A stretch of 64,000 bases of DNA, from NCBI GenBank assembly GCA_036391875.1, contig DASVZA010000024.1, forward strand, positions 38,003 through 102,002. The letters are read 5' to 3'. Made by a program: the position numbers and the translations under genes. The notes under the pieces were generated by a model. The model did not search any database and was not told the DNA's origin. It saw only the letters and a program-made list of their open reading frames with translations. Source of the stretch: Parasulfuritortus sp. GTDB lineage: Bacteria > Pseudomonadota > Gammaproteobacteria > Burkholderiales > Thiobacillaceae. This document shows, piece after piece, positions 10,272-18,848 of the stretch (its first letter is position 1; every line of letters begins with the position of its first letter).

Positions 10272-13200
10272 ATGCACCATCTACTCGAACGCCAGCTGAA
10301 GCGCACCCTGCAGATACAGGGCGAGTCCGAACTGGCAACCTTCAAAGTCGCCTTGGCCGAATTGGCGCGTGCGGGCACGTTGCCCGAGGCGGTGCAGCGG
10401 CTGTGCCAAGGGTTCGCCGAGTTCGTCGGCCGGATCGATGGCAGCTATGGCCAGTTCGAGCGCGACCTGGAATTGCGTAACCGCAGCCTGCACCTCAGTT
10501 CGGAGGAATTGACCGTCGCCAACGAGCGTCTGCGACAGGATGCGGAGCGCCAGGGCCGGGTGGTCGACTCATTGCGGGCGACGGCCAACGAATTGCTGCG
10601 GGCGGAGGGCCGGCCGGAGATCGGCAGCGGCGATGCCAGCCTGGAACAGCTGTCAAGCCTGATGGCGGAACTGGTGCGCGACCGGCGGCGGGCACAACGC
10701 GAACTGGAGCAGCAGAAGTTCGCCTTGGACCAGCACGCCATCGTCAGCGTCACCGACCCGGCGGGGGCGATCCTGTACGCCAACGCCAAGTTCTGCGAAA
10801 TCAGCGGCTACAGCCTGGACGAGCTGCTGGGCAGCAATCATCGCGTCGTCAATTCTGGACGACACCCGGCCGAGTTTTTCCGAGACATGTGGGATAGCAT
10901 CGCCTCCGGCCGGGTCTGGCACGGCGAGATATGCAACCGGGCCAAGAACGGCAGCCTGTTCTGGGTGGCGGCGACCATCGTGCCCATCCTCGACGATGCC
11001 GGTCTGCCGGAGCGCTACATTGCGATCCGCACCGACATCAGCCAGCAGAAAACACTGGAAGAGGCCATCAAGCAAAACCAGCGCTTCCTGCAGGGGGTGA
11101 CCGACTCCATGGGCGAGGGGGTGTATGTCCTGGATGCGAACGGCTTTTGCACCTTTCTCAACCCGGAGGCCGAGCACATGCTGGGCTGGACCCTGGCCGA
11201 GCTGTCCGGACGGAATTTCCACGACTGCGTGCATTACGAGTCGGCCGACGGCCATGTCTTGTCGGCCCGGGATTGTCCGATCAGCGAGGCGGTATGGGGC
11301 GGCGAAATATTCCGATCCGGGGACGAGCGGTTCAAGCGCCGGGACGGTACTTCGCTCCAGGTTTCGGTCACGGCCATGCCGATGCGTGAGGATGGACGCA
11401 TCATCGGCCAGGTCGCCGTTTTCCAGGACGTCAGCGAGCGCAAGCAGTTCGAGGCCGAGCTGCAGGCACTCGGCAGCCGCCTGGGGGCGATCCTGGAGAA
11501 CATGCAGAACGGGGTGCTGGTGGAGGACGAGGCTCGGCGCATCGTCTTGCTGAACCGGAAGCTGTGCGAGCTGTTCGGCCTGCCGGCCGAGCTGCAGAGC
11601 CGCCTGATCGGCCAGGATTGCAATCCACTGCTCGAACGCATCAGGGTCCAGTTCGGCGATCCCTCCGCCTTCATCCGTGGCATCGACCGGACCATCGATG
11701 CAGGCAAGGTCGTGATCGGCGAGGAATTGAGACTGGCCGACGACCGCTATTTCGACCGCGATTACATCCCCATCATGGTGGGCAAGAATACCCGCGGCCA
11801 TCTTTGGCAGTATCGGGATATCACCCCGCACAAGGACGTGGAACGGGAGTTGAGCCAGGCAAAGGAAATGGCCGAGGCGGCCAGCCACGCCAAGAGCAAC
11901 TTCCTGGCCAACATGAGCCACGAGATCCGGACCCCCATGAACGCGGTGATCGGGCTTTCCCACTTGGCCTTGCAGACCGACCTGGACGAGCGGCAGAAAG
12001 GTTATCTCGGCAAGATACTGCTGTCGGCCAAGAACCTGCTCGGCATCATCAACGACATCCTGGACTTTTCCAAGATCGAAGCCGGCCGACTGGTCGTCGA
12101 ACGCAACGAGTTCCTGTTGGAGGACGTGCTGCACCAAGTGGCGGCGGTCATCGCCCTGTCGGCCGCCAACAAGGGCCTGGAGCTCCTGATTGCCGAGCCC
12201 GCAAAATTGCCAGACCGGCTGATCGGCGATGCGCTGCGCCTGGGCCAGGTGCTGACCAACCTGGCCAGCAACGCGGTCAAGTTCACCGAACAAGGCGAAG
12301 TGGTGATTGCCGTGAACCCGGTCAAACAACAGGGCAACCGGCTGCTGCTGCGCTTTTCGGTACGCGATACCGGCATCGGCCTCAGCGAGGAGCAGAAGTC
12401 CCAGTTGTTCACGTCGTTTTCCCAGGCGGACATGTCCACAACCCGGAAATACGGCGGCACCGGCCTGGGGTTGGCCATCAGCAAGCGGCTGGTGGAGCTC
12501 ATGGGCGGGGAAATCGGTGTGGAAAGCCGGCTTGACCTGGGCAGCGAGTTCTATTTCACCTTGCCGTTCGAGGTCGCCAGCCATCGCGATGTCGAAGCCG
12601 AGAGCCTGCGCCTGAAGGGAAAAAGAGTGCTCATCGTCGACGACAACACCACCGCACGGGACGTCCTGCGCGACATGGTGGCCAGTTTCGGCATGGAATC
12701 CGGGGAGGTGGCGTCAGGCGAGGCCTGCATCCAGGAACTGCGTAGGGCGGACAGTGCGGAGCCCTATCATTTCGTGCTGCTGGATTGGCGCATGGCAGGC
12801 ATGGACGGCCTGGCGACGCAGGCCGCGATTCAAGCCGACCCGGCGATCCGACAGAAGCCCGTCCCATTGCTGGTGACGGCCTACGGCCAGGACGCCACCA
12901 TGTTGGAGGCGGGGGCGCGGCAAGTCGTGGTGGTGCAAAAGCCGGTTTCGCCTTCCACCCTGTTCGATGGCATGCTCAATGCCCTGGGCTTCCGCACGCC
13001 GGAGCGCCCGCATGCCGTCCACGCGGCGGTGCGCGATGTCGATGCCATCCAGGGGCTACTCGGCGCGCGGATATTGCTGGTGGAGGACAATGCCATCAAC
13101 CGCCAGGTCGCCAGCGAATTGCTCGAAGGCCTCGGGCTGGTCGTCACCTGCGCCGTGGACGGCATGGATGCGCTGGCCAAATTCGCGGACCAGGTCTTCG

Positions 13201-14081
13201 ATCTGGTGCTGATGGATGTCCAGATGCCCAATATGGATGGCTATGAAGCCAGCCGGCGGATCCGCGCCGAAGGCGGGCGCGTGCCCATCATCGCTTTGAC
13301 CGCCCATGCCATGACCGGTGATCGGGAGCGTTGCCTGAGTGCCGGGATGGATGATTATCTGACCAAGCCGATCGATCCCGAGTTGCTGTTCGCCATGCTG
13401 GTGAAATGGGTCAGTCCCGAACGCCATGCGGAGCACGCGACGCAGCAGGAGGGTGCCCAGCCGGGCTTGCCACCGGCGTTGCCCGGCATCGACCTGGTGC
13501 GCACCCTGGCCAACCTGGGCGGCAGCGAAGAGCTGTGCATGGAGATATTGGGCCGCTTCCAGCAGGATTATGGCGATTGGGTCGCCAAGATGAAGGAGGC
13601 GCTGGCCACGTCGGCGGAGACGGCCACGCGTCTGGCCCACACCCTCAAGGGCGTGGGCGGCACCATCGGGGCCGCTGCTTTGTCCAGCGCTGCTCAGCGT
13701 GTGGAGTTGCGGCTGCGCGGCGGGGAGGTCCCGGCCGCGGCCGAACTCAATGCCTTGTATGCCGAACTCGATCTGGTGCTGGGCGGCCTGAGCGGGCTGT
13801 TCGACCGGGATAAGGCACCGCCGGAAGCGGGAACGGCCGAGGTCGACGGCGCCGCCGTCGCCAAGTTGCTGTCCGAATTGGCGCCCCTCGTGGCCGCCGG
13901 CGATGTCGAGGCCATGGAACCCGTTGGCCGTTTGGCCCGGTTGTTGGTCGGCAGCGCTTTTGCGCTAGAGGCCGGCAAGCTGCAGCGGGCGGTCGACGAT
14001 TTCGAATACGACAAGGCGCAACAACTCTTGTCGGCGTTGGCGGCGCATTTCACGGCTGAACGGAAAGACGTGGACGCCTGA
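10272..14081 (+). CDS. Hybrid sensor histidine kinase (3 PAS, HisKA, HATPase, 2 REC, HPt)
   Basis: FLANMSHEIRTPMN H-box; NLASNAVKFT, DTGIG, GGTGLGL; receivers LLDWRM and LMDVQM; HPt AHTLKG; no obvious TM helix. Confidence 0.93.
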   Translation: MHHLLERQLKRTLQIQGESELATFKVALAELARAGTLPEAVQRLCQGFAEFVGRIDGSYGQFERDLELRNRSLHLSSEELTVANERLRQDAERQGRVVDSLRATANELLRAEGRPEIGSGDASLEQLSSLMAELVRDRRRAQRELEQQKFALDQHAIVSVTDPAGAILYANAKFCEISGYSLDELLGSNHRVVNSGRHPAEFFRDMWDSIASGRVWHGEICNRAKNGSLFWVAATIVPILDDAGLPERYIAIRTDISQQKTLEEAIKQNQRFLQGVTDSMGEGVYVLDANGFCTFLNPEAEHMLGWTLAELSGRNFHDCVHYESADGHVLSARDCPISEAVWGGEIFRSGDERFKRRDGTSLQVSVTAMPMREDGRIIGQVAVFQDVSERKQFEAELQALGSRLGAILENMQNGVLVEDEARRIVLLNRKLCELFGLPAELQSRLIGQDCNPLLERIRVQFGDPSAFIRGIDRTIDAGKVVIGEELRLADDRYFDRDYIPIMVGKNTRGHLWQYRDITPHKDVERELSQAKEMAEAASHAKSNFLANMSHEIRTPMNAVIGLSHLALQTDLDERQKGYLGKILLSAKNLLGIINDILDFSKIEAGRLVVERNEFLLEDVLHQVAAVIALSAANKGLELLIAEPAKLPDRLIGDALRLGQVLTNLASNAVKFTEQGEVVIAVNPVKQQGNRLLLRFSVRDTGIGLSEEQKSQLFTSFSQADMSTTRKYGGTGLGLAISKRLVELMGGEIGVESRLDLGSEFYFTLPFEVASHRDVEAESLRLKGKRVLIVDDNTTARDVLRDMVASFGMESGEVASGEACIQELRRADSAEPYHFVLLDWRMAGMDGLATQAAIQADPAIRQKPVPLLVTAYGQDATMLEAGARQVVVVQKPVSPSTLFDGMLNALGFRTPERPHAVHAAVRDVDAIQGLLGARILLVEDNAINRQVASELLEGLGLVVTCAVDGMDALAKFADQVFDLVLMDVQMPNMDGYEASRRIRAEGGRVPIIALTAHAMTGDRERCLSAGMDDYLTKPIDPELLFAMLVKWVSPERHAEHATQQEGAQPGLPPALPGIDLVRTLANLGGSEELCMEILGRFQQDYGDWVAKMKEALATSAETATRLAHTLKGVGGTIGAAALSSAAQRVELRLRGGEVPAAAELNALYAELDLVLGGLSGLFDRDKAPPEAGTAEVDGAAVAKLLSELAPLVAAGDVEAMEPVGRLARLLVGSAFALEAGKLQRAVDDFEYDKAQQLLSALAAHFTAERKDVDA

Positions 14082-14131
14082 ATGGCCGCTTCGGTACGGG
14101 TAGATGGCCGCTGCCGGCAATGGGGTGAACG

Positions 14132-14449
14132 ATGGACGCGATCTGCAATTGCGCTGATATTCCGGTCGGTGAAGCCCGCTCCTTCAAGCGGCCGGAAGCC
14201 GGTGCCGTCCTGGTCGTCCATCTGGCCGGCGGCCGCTTCCTGGCCTACGAGGACCGCTGTACCCATTTCGGCGTGCCGCTCGGCGTAACCAGGGATTACC
14301 GCTATGTCGACGGCGGCGACATCGTCTGCCAGGTCCATTATGCGCGCTACGCAGTCGAGGACGGCCGCTGCCTCAGAGGAGAATGCAACGGGCAGGGGCT
14401 GCGGCCCGTTCGCGTGGCGGTGATCGGCGGGAAGGTCTATCTGGCCTAG
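14132..14449 (+). CDS. Rieske [2Fe-2S] ferredoxin
   Basis: CTH ... CQVH ligand pattern. Confidence 0.82.
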   Translation: MDAICNCADIPVGEARSFKRPEAGAVLVVHLAGGRFLAYEDRCTHFGVPLGVTRDYRYVDGGDIVCQVHYARYAVEDGRCLRGECNGQGLRPVRVAVIGGKVYLA

Positions 14450-14561
14450 TTGGGCGTTGCGGCCGGAGTCGGCGCCGCCGCTGGCTTGCCAGTCCGGCGG
14501 GGACGGCCTTTAATACGCGTGACAGCCGTTGACATCCTGCAATCGACTAGAGGAGGGGATC

Positions 14562-14867
14562 ATGGGGGTGATGGGAAGTGTGTTGGGGCTTGCGATCGGT
14601 CTTCTGTCGTCCGTGGCCATGGCCACGGACATGCCTGCCGCCGGCCGGTATTGCCTGGCCTGCCACGCCGTGGATAGCCGGAAGGCCGGGCCATCCTACA
14701 GGAGCGTGGCGGACAAGTACCGAAACAATCCGGAGGCGGCCGCCATCCTGTTCAAGGAGGTGCGTTCCGGCAAGCACAACGAGTTGACCAAGATCGACAT
14801 GCCGGCCCAGGGCGTCATCAGCACTCCGGATCTCAAACAGATGATCGCCTGGATACTCTCCCGCTGA
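14562..14867 (+). CDS. Class I c-type cytochrome (c551/c552-like)
   Basis: Signal peptide, CLACH heme motif, GPSY, distal MP; AGGAGG RBS before ATG 14562. Confidence 0.88.
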   Translation: MGVMGSVLGLAIGLLSSVAMATDMPAAGRYCLACHAVDSRKAGPSYRSVADKYRNNPEAAAILFKEVRSGKHNELTKIDMPAQGVISTPDLKQMIAWILSR

Positions 14868-14974
14868 GCGGGGCGGCGGACGCGCCGGGCGATGGCGGTA
14901 TGAAGTGAACGGCCGGCTTTGGCCGGCATTCAAGCCGTGCTATCTTCGGCGGGCTTATTCGATTGGCTGACACC

Positions 14975-15853
14975 ATGGACGCACTCTACGAAACCTCCAT
15001 CAAATCCTTGCCGTTGATCCACAAAGGCAAGGTCCGCGACATTTACGCCGTCGACGACGCGCGCATGCTGATCGTGACCACAGACCGGCTGTCGGCGTTC
15101 GATGTGGTCCTGCCCACGCCGATCCCCGGCAAAGGCCGGGTACTCACCGCGGTGGCCGATTTCTGGTTCGCCAAGCTGGCCCACATCCTGCCCAATCAAT
15201 TGACCGGCGATGCTCCGGAGAGCCTGGTGGCACCGGCGGAGCGGGAGCAGGTGACCGGCCGCGCGGTGGTGGTGAAACGGCTCAAGGCACTGCCGATCGA
15301 GGCCATCGTGCGCGGCTATCTGGTCGGTTCCGGTTGGGCGGACTACCAGAAAACCGGCAGCGTCTGCGGCATCCCGTTGCCGCCGGGACTGCAGCAGGCC
15401 GACAAGCTGCCGGAACCGCTGTTCACCCCCTCGACCAAGGCCGCGGTGGGCGAGCACGACGAGAACATCGATTTCGGCCAATGCGAAAAGCTGCTCGGCG
15501 TGGAACTGGCTGCACGGGTGCGGGACGCCGCCATCGCCCTGTACAAGGAAGCGGCCGATTACGCGTTGACCAAGGGCATCATCATCGCCGACACCAAGTT
15601 CGAGTTCGGCTTGGACGAGTCTGGGACACTGACCCTGATCGACGAGGTACTGACACCCGACTCCTCCCGTTTCTGGCCGGTCGACGAGTACCAGGTGGGC
15701 AGCAATCCGCCCAGCTTCGACAAGCAATACGTGCGCGACTGGCTGACCAATTCGGGTTGGAACAAAAAAGCGCCCGGTCCGGAACTGCCGGCCGAGGTGG
15801 TGGCGCGGACGGCGGAGAAATACGACGAAGCCTTGCGCCGCCTGACCGCATGA
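14975..15853 (+). CDS. purC: SAICAR synthase
   Basis: [42 protein letters not shown]. Confidence 0.97.
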   Translation: MDALYETSIKSLPLIHKGKVRDIYAVDDARMLIVTTDRLSAFDVVLPTPIPGKGRVLTAVADFWFAKLAHILPNQLTGDAPESLVAPAEREQVTGRAVVVKRLKALPIEAIVRGYLVGSGWADYQKTGSVCGIPLPPGLQQADKLPEPLFTPSTKAAVGEHDENIDFGQCEKLLGVELAARVRDAAIALYKEAADYALTKGIIIADTKFEFGLDESGTLTLIDEVLTPDSSRFWPVDEYQVGSNPPSFDKQYVRDWLTNSGWNKKAPGPELPAEVVARTAEKYDEALRRLTA

Positions 15854-15863
15854 GCCAATGACA

Positions 15864-15895
15864 ACGGTGCCGTGGCGGTTGGGCCACGGCACCGT
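15864..15895. terminator. 13-bp perfect hairpin between convergent purC and the secreted-protein gene
   Basis: ACGGTGCCGTGGC-ggttgg-GCCACGGCACCGT; weak U-tracts. Confidence 0.55.
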
Positions 15896-15927
15896 GATTG
15901 CTGCCACTTCATTCCTGCCGCTATACG

Positions 15928-17184
15928 CTATTGCGGCGTGCCGGCTGCAGGCGCGGCAAACTTCAGGTCGGTCACGAACAAGTCCACATGACGGACTTGG
16001 CTTTCACCCTTCTGCAACGTCACGTCCGAGACACCGGCCAGGTTGTTGGCACCGGAGCCGTAGAAGGTGCCTTGGACCGAGCCGGCTACGGCATGGCCGT
16101 TGACCGAGGTGGACTGGATGTTGGCGCCATTGATGGTGCCTGCAGCACCCCAACTCGGCAGGTTGCCGCCGTTCCAAGAACCGTTCCAGGCGGCGGTACT
16201 GAAGTTGGCCTGGATGTTGACCCAGGCGCCGGACAAGACCTCATTACCCTGGTAATAACCGATCTTGGTGGCCATAGCAGCCATGTCGTTCGCGGAAGTG
16301 GGGTAGCCGACCACATAGGCACCCTCGACACCCATCTGCGGAGTCTGGCAATCGCCACACAGCGTTTTTTCGGTTTGGCCGGAGACGTAGACATAAATCC
16401 TGAAGCTGTCGGTGTTGCCGCCGACGGCGACCTGATCGTGACCGGTCACGGTCCCTTCGATGTTGGCACCGCCGGTTTCACTGTTGCTGCTGGCCGTGCC
16501 GTAACCGAACCAGCCCGGGATGTAGAGATACCATCCGTCCGGCAGATTGCCGGAGGCGGTGAAGGTCGGGGCTGGATCGTCAGGATTCAACTGAGTCAGC
16601 AAGAAGCTGGCCGACATCGGGCCACCGAACATGCCGGTTTCGCCAATGCTCGGCGTCACCGAGAAGGTCGCCGGCAACATATGAGTCTTGCTGTCGCCGC
16701 CTTCGTTGTAGGCGGTCGTCCAGTAACCACTATGTTGGATCGGGTGGTTGGCTAACTGCAATTGCCAGCCACGCTTGGTTTTTACCCATTCGTGGACATA
16801 ATGGTCTTCCCAGTAGGGAGGGACGTAGCTCGTGTCATAGTTCCGGTACACGGCAAAACCGCACGCGGCACCGGCAGGGCACCCTCCCGCTCCGTCAGTC
16901 GGTGTGGTCGGATTATCACTGGTGGGGCCATGGAAAACCGGACTATTCACGTAGAGTTCACCACCGTTCATGCCCAGGAATCCGATCCCACTCGGGCCGG
17001 CAGCTGGCGGGGCGAATTCGGTCCAACATCCCCAGCCACCGGCAGAATCGTCGGCGATGGTCAATTTGTCGCAGAGTTGAATATTACCCCATTCGTTTTC
17101 ATGGGTATTTGCGGCGAGTGCCGGCTGTATGCCGGTAAATAGAGCAGCAACGACCGTTGCTATCAATGTCAATTTGGCTTTCAT
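15928..17184 (-). CDS. Secreted protein with C-terminal TbpB-like beta-barrel; putative type XI secretion (Slam) cargo
   Basis: SPI-type signal MKAKLTLIATVVAALFTGIQPALA; C-terminal alternating beta pattern with GTING and GSVQGTFYGSGANNLAG; AAGGAG RBS; adjacent to a Slam-like gene. Confidence 0.72.
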   Translation of the reverse strand: MKAKLTLIATVVAALFTGIQPALAANTHENEWGNIQLCDKLTIADDSAGGWGCWTEFAPPAAGPSGIGFLGMNGGELYVNSPVFHGPTSDNPTTPTDGAGGCPAGAACGFAVYRNYDTSYVPPYWEDHYVHEWVKTKRGWQLQLANHPIQHSGYWTTAYNEGGDSKTHMLPATFSVTPSIGETGMFGGPMSASFLLTQLNPDDPAPTFTASGNLPDGWYLYIPGWFGYGTASSNSETGGANIEGTVTGHDQVAVGGNTDSFRIYVYVSGQTEKTLCGDCQTPQMGVEGAYVVGYPTSANDMAAMATKIGYYQGNEVLSGAWVNIQANFSTAAWNGSWNGGNLPSWGAAGTINGANIQSTSVNGHAVAGSVQGTFYGSGANNLAGVSDVTLQKGESQVRHVDLFVTDLKFAAPAAGTPQ

Positions 17185-17321
17185 GGTAGCTCCTTTCACT
17201 TTAAGTGCCAGGAAAAGCTTCCACTTTCAATATAGATTCAAGATATAAAAATCCGCTTGTTTATAAATATGAAATTAATTGATGCCATATTTGAATTGCG
17301 CAGTTTTGATTCAACGGGCGC

Positions 17322-17347
17322 AAAAAAAAGGCATCCAATTGGATGCC
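17322..17347 (-). terminator. Rho-independent terminator after the Slam-like gene
   Basis: Minus strand GGCATCC-aatt-GGATGCC followed by T8. Confidence 0.8.
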
Positions 17348-17370
17348 CATGGGGATATGCGGTCGAGTTG

Positions 17371-18651
17371 CTAGAAGGTACGGCCTATCGTCAGCAAGGC
17401 CAGATCCCGCTGATATTTATAAACCGGATCGTCGGAATTGTTCTCGATATGGGTCCAGCTGCCGTTCAGGTTCCAGTTGTTCAGCTTGCCGGTCTTGAAG
17501 TGGTGGCCGAAGCCGACTTCATACTGATGCGTGTAATCCTGGCGGCTGGCCACGGTACCGCCAACATCGTACCAGGCCACGTCCTGGGTGTAGCGGGCGT
17601 AGATGTTGCCATTTGTCCAGGCCAGGTAGTTGACGCCGACGAACCATTCGTAACCATGGTTGGTATATTGCGGCGTTTTTGCATCCTCGTTGAACAGGCG
17701 GGCACCGACCTGGGTGGCCGTCTTGCCGTTGCGAAGGATTTTGCCGTAGGACAGGCCGCCGGAGACGTAATCGCTATTCCTGACGTCGTTTCCGGAAAGG
17801 ATGAAGTTCTTGCGGGTGTACTGGAGGTCGGTGGTCAATTCCGCGCTTCTGAGCTGCCAGGTGTAGCTGGGGGCGACCGTCGAATAGACGGCCAATTCGT
17901 GCCCACCTTGCATCAGGTTGTCGATCTGGAAGTTGACGTTGGCGCGCCATTTGTTGGGCGCCAGCCAGGCCGGGCCGGTGGCCAGCGTGGCGATGGTCAG
18001 GTTGTAGTTGCTGTTGCGGTTGTAGCTGCGCTGATAGAGGTTGGCTTGGCTCTTCCAGAGGAAGCGCGCCGCATCTTCACCCACCCGAACCGGGGTGGGC
18101 GATTGGTAGGTATGGCTGAGGCCGGCCTGGAGTACTGTAGCCCAGTCGCCTGTTTCAACGGAGGAGGGCGACAGCACCCAGCCGCCGGGCAACAGCGAAT
18201 TGCCGGGGCCGGCGTTGATATTCGAATCGTAGAGCAGGCCGGCCGATACCGACGGCTCGAAGTGGCTCTTCTGCTTCAGAAGCAGGGCCTCATCCTGTTC
18301 GACCTGGGCCAGGAATACCTGGATCGCGAGTTTGACGTTCTCAGGTGTCTTGGGATCATCCAAGACCTTCTTGGCCTCCGCCTTGGCGCGCTCGTAATTC
18401 AGGACCCGGTAGTAGGAGACGGCCAGCTCCAGGCGGACGCGTTCCAGCGTGGGCTGGTTCTGCAGAATCGACTCCATCGCCTTGATGGCGGAATAGGTCT
18501 TTCCTGTTTCGCGCAGGTACATGCTTTCCTTGAACAGGGTATCGGTATCCGTGTCGGCTGCCAGCGCATGCATGGGCAAGGCCATCATGCCTAGCGCGGC
18601 GGCCACGCTGGAACCGACAACGGTTTTTTTGAAAATAGCGGCTTTGTTCAT
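17371..18651 (-). CDS. Slam-family (DUF560/type XI secretion) outer-membrane protein: TPR plus beta-barrel
   Basis: Signal peptide; TPR-like helices (RVRLELAVSYYRVLNYERAKAEAKKVL); YDSNINAGP barrel-start motif; amphipathic strands; terminal Phe (LTIGRTF). Confidence 0.82.
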   Translation of the reverse strand: MNKAAIFKKTVVGSSVAAALGMMALPMHALAADTDTDTLFKESMYLRETGKTYSAIKAMESILQNQPTLERVRLELAVSYYRVLNYERAKAEAKKVLDDPKTPENVKLAIQVFLAQVEQDEALLLKQKSHFEPSVSAGLLYDSNINAGPGNSLLPGGWVLSPSSVETGDWATVLQAGLSHTYQSPTPVRVGEDAARFLWKSQANLYQRSYNRNSNYNLTIATLATGPAWLAPNKWRANVNFQIDNLMQGGHELAVYSTVAPSYTWQLRSAELTTDLQYTRKNFILSGNDVRNSDYVSGGLSYGKILRNGKTATQVGARLFNEDAKTPQYTNHGYEWFVGVNYLAWTNGNIYARYTQDVAWYDVGGTVASRQDYTHQYEVGFGHHFKTGKLNNWNLNGSWTHIENNSDDPVYKYQRDLALLTIGRTF

Positions 18652-18848
18652 ATGGGGCTCCCGGTACGACTTAAAAATTGTGCTTTTGAATGATGCTACA
18701 GGGCGGTCGGCGCATTGGTATAAACATACCGGCACTAACAAAAGTGCCGGTCGAATGTTGTATGGATGAAACGCTTACCGGCAATTGGCGCGGAATATTA
18801 GGCCAGTTTAAATGCGGGCAAAAGCGGTTTTGTTTTATGGCGTTTCAT

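Noticed and set aside
14529-14542. TTGAC-atcc-TGCAA as an FNR box or sigma70 -35 before the cytochrome c
   Set aside because: Only a partial FNR match and too close to the start codon for activation geometry; no -10 at the right spacing
15928-17184. Slam cargo as the substrate of the nearby ApbE
   Set aside because: No [S/T]GA[S/T] flavinylation motif seen in its sequence
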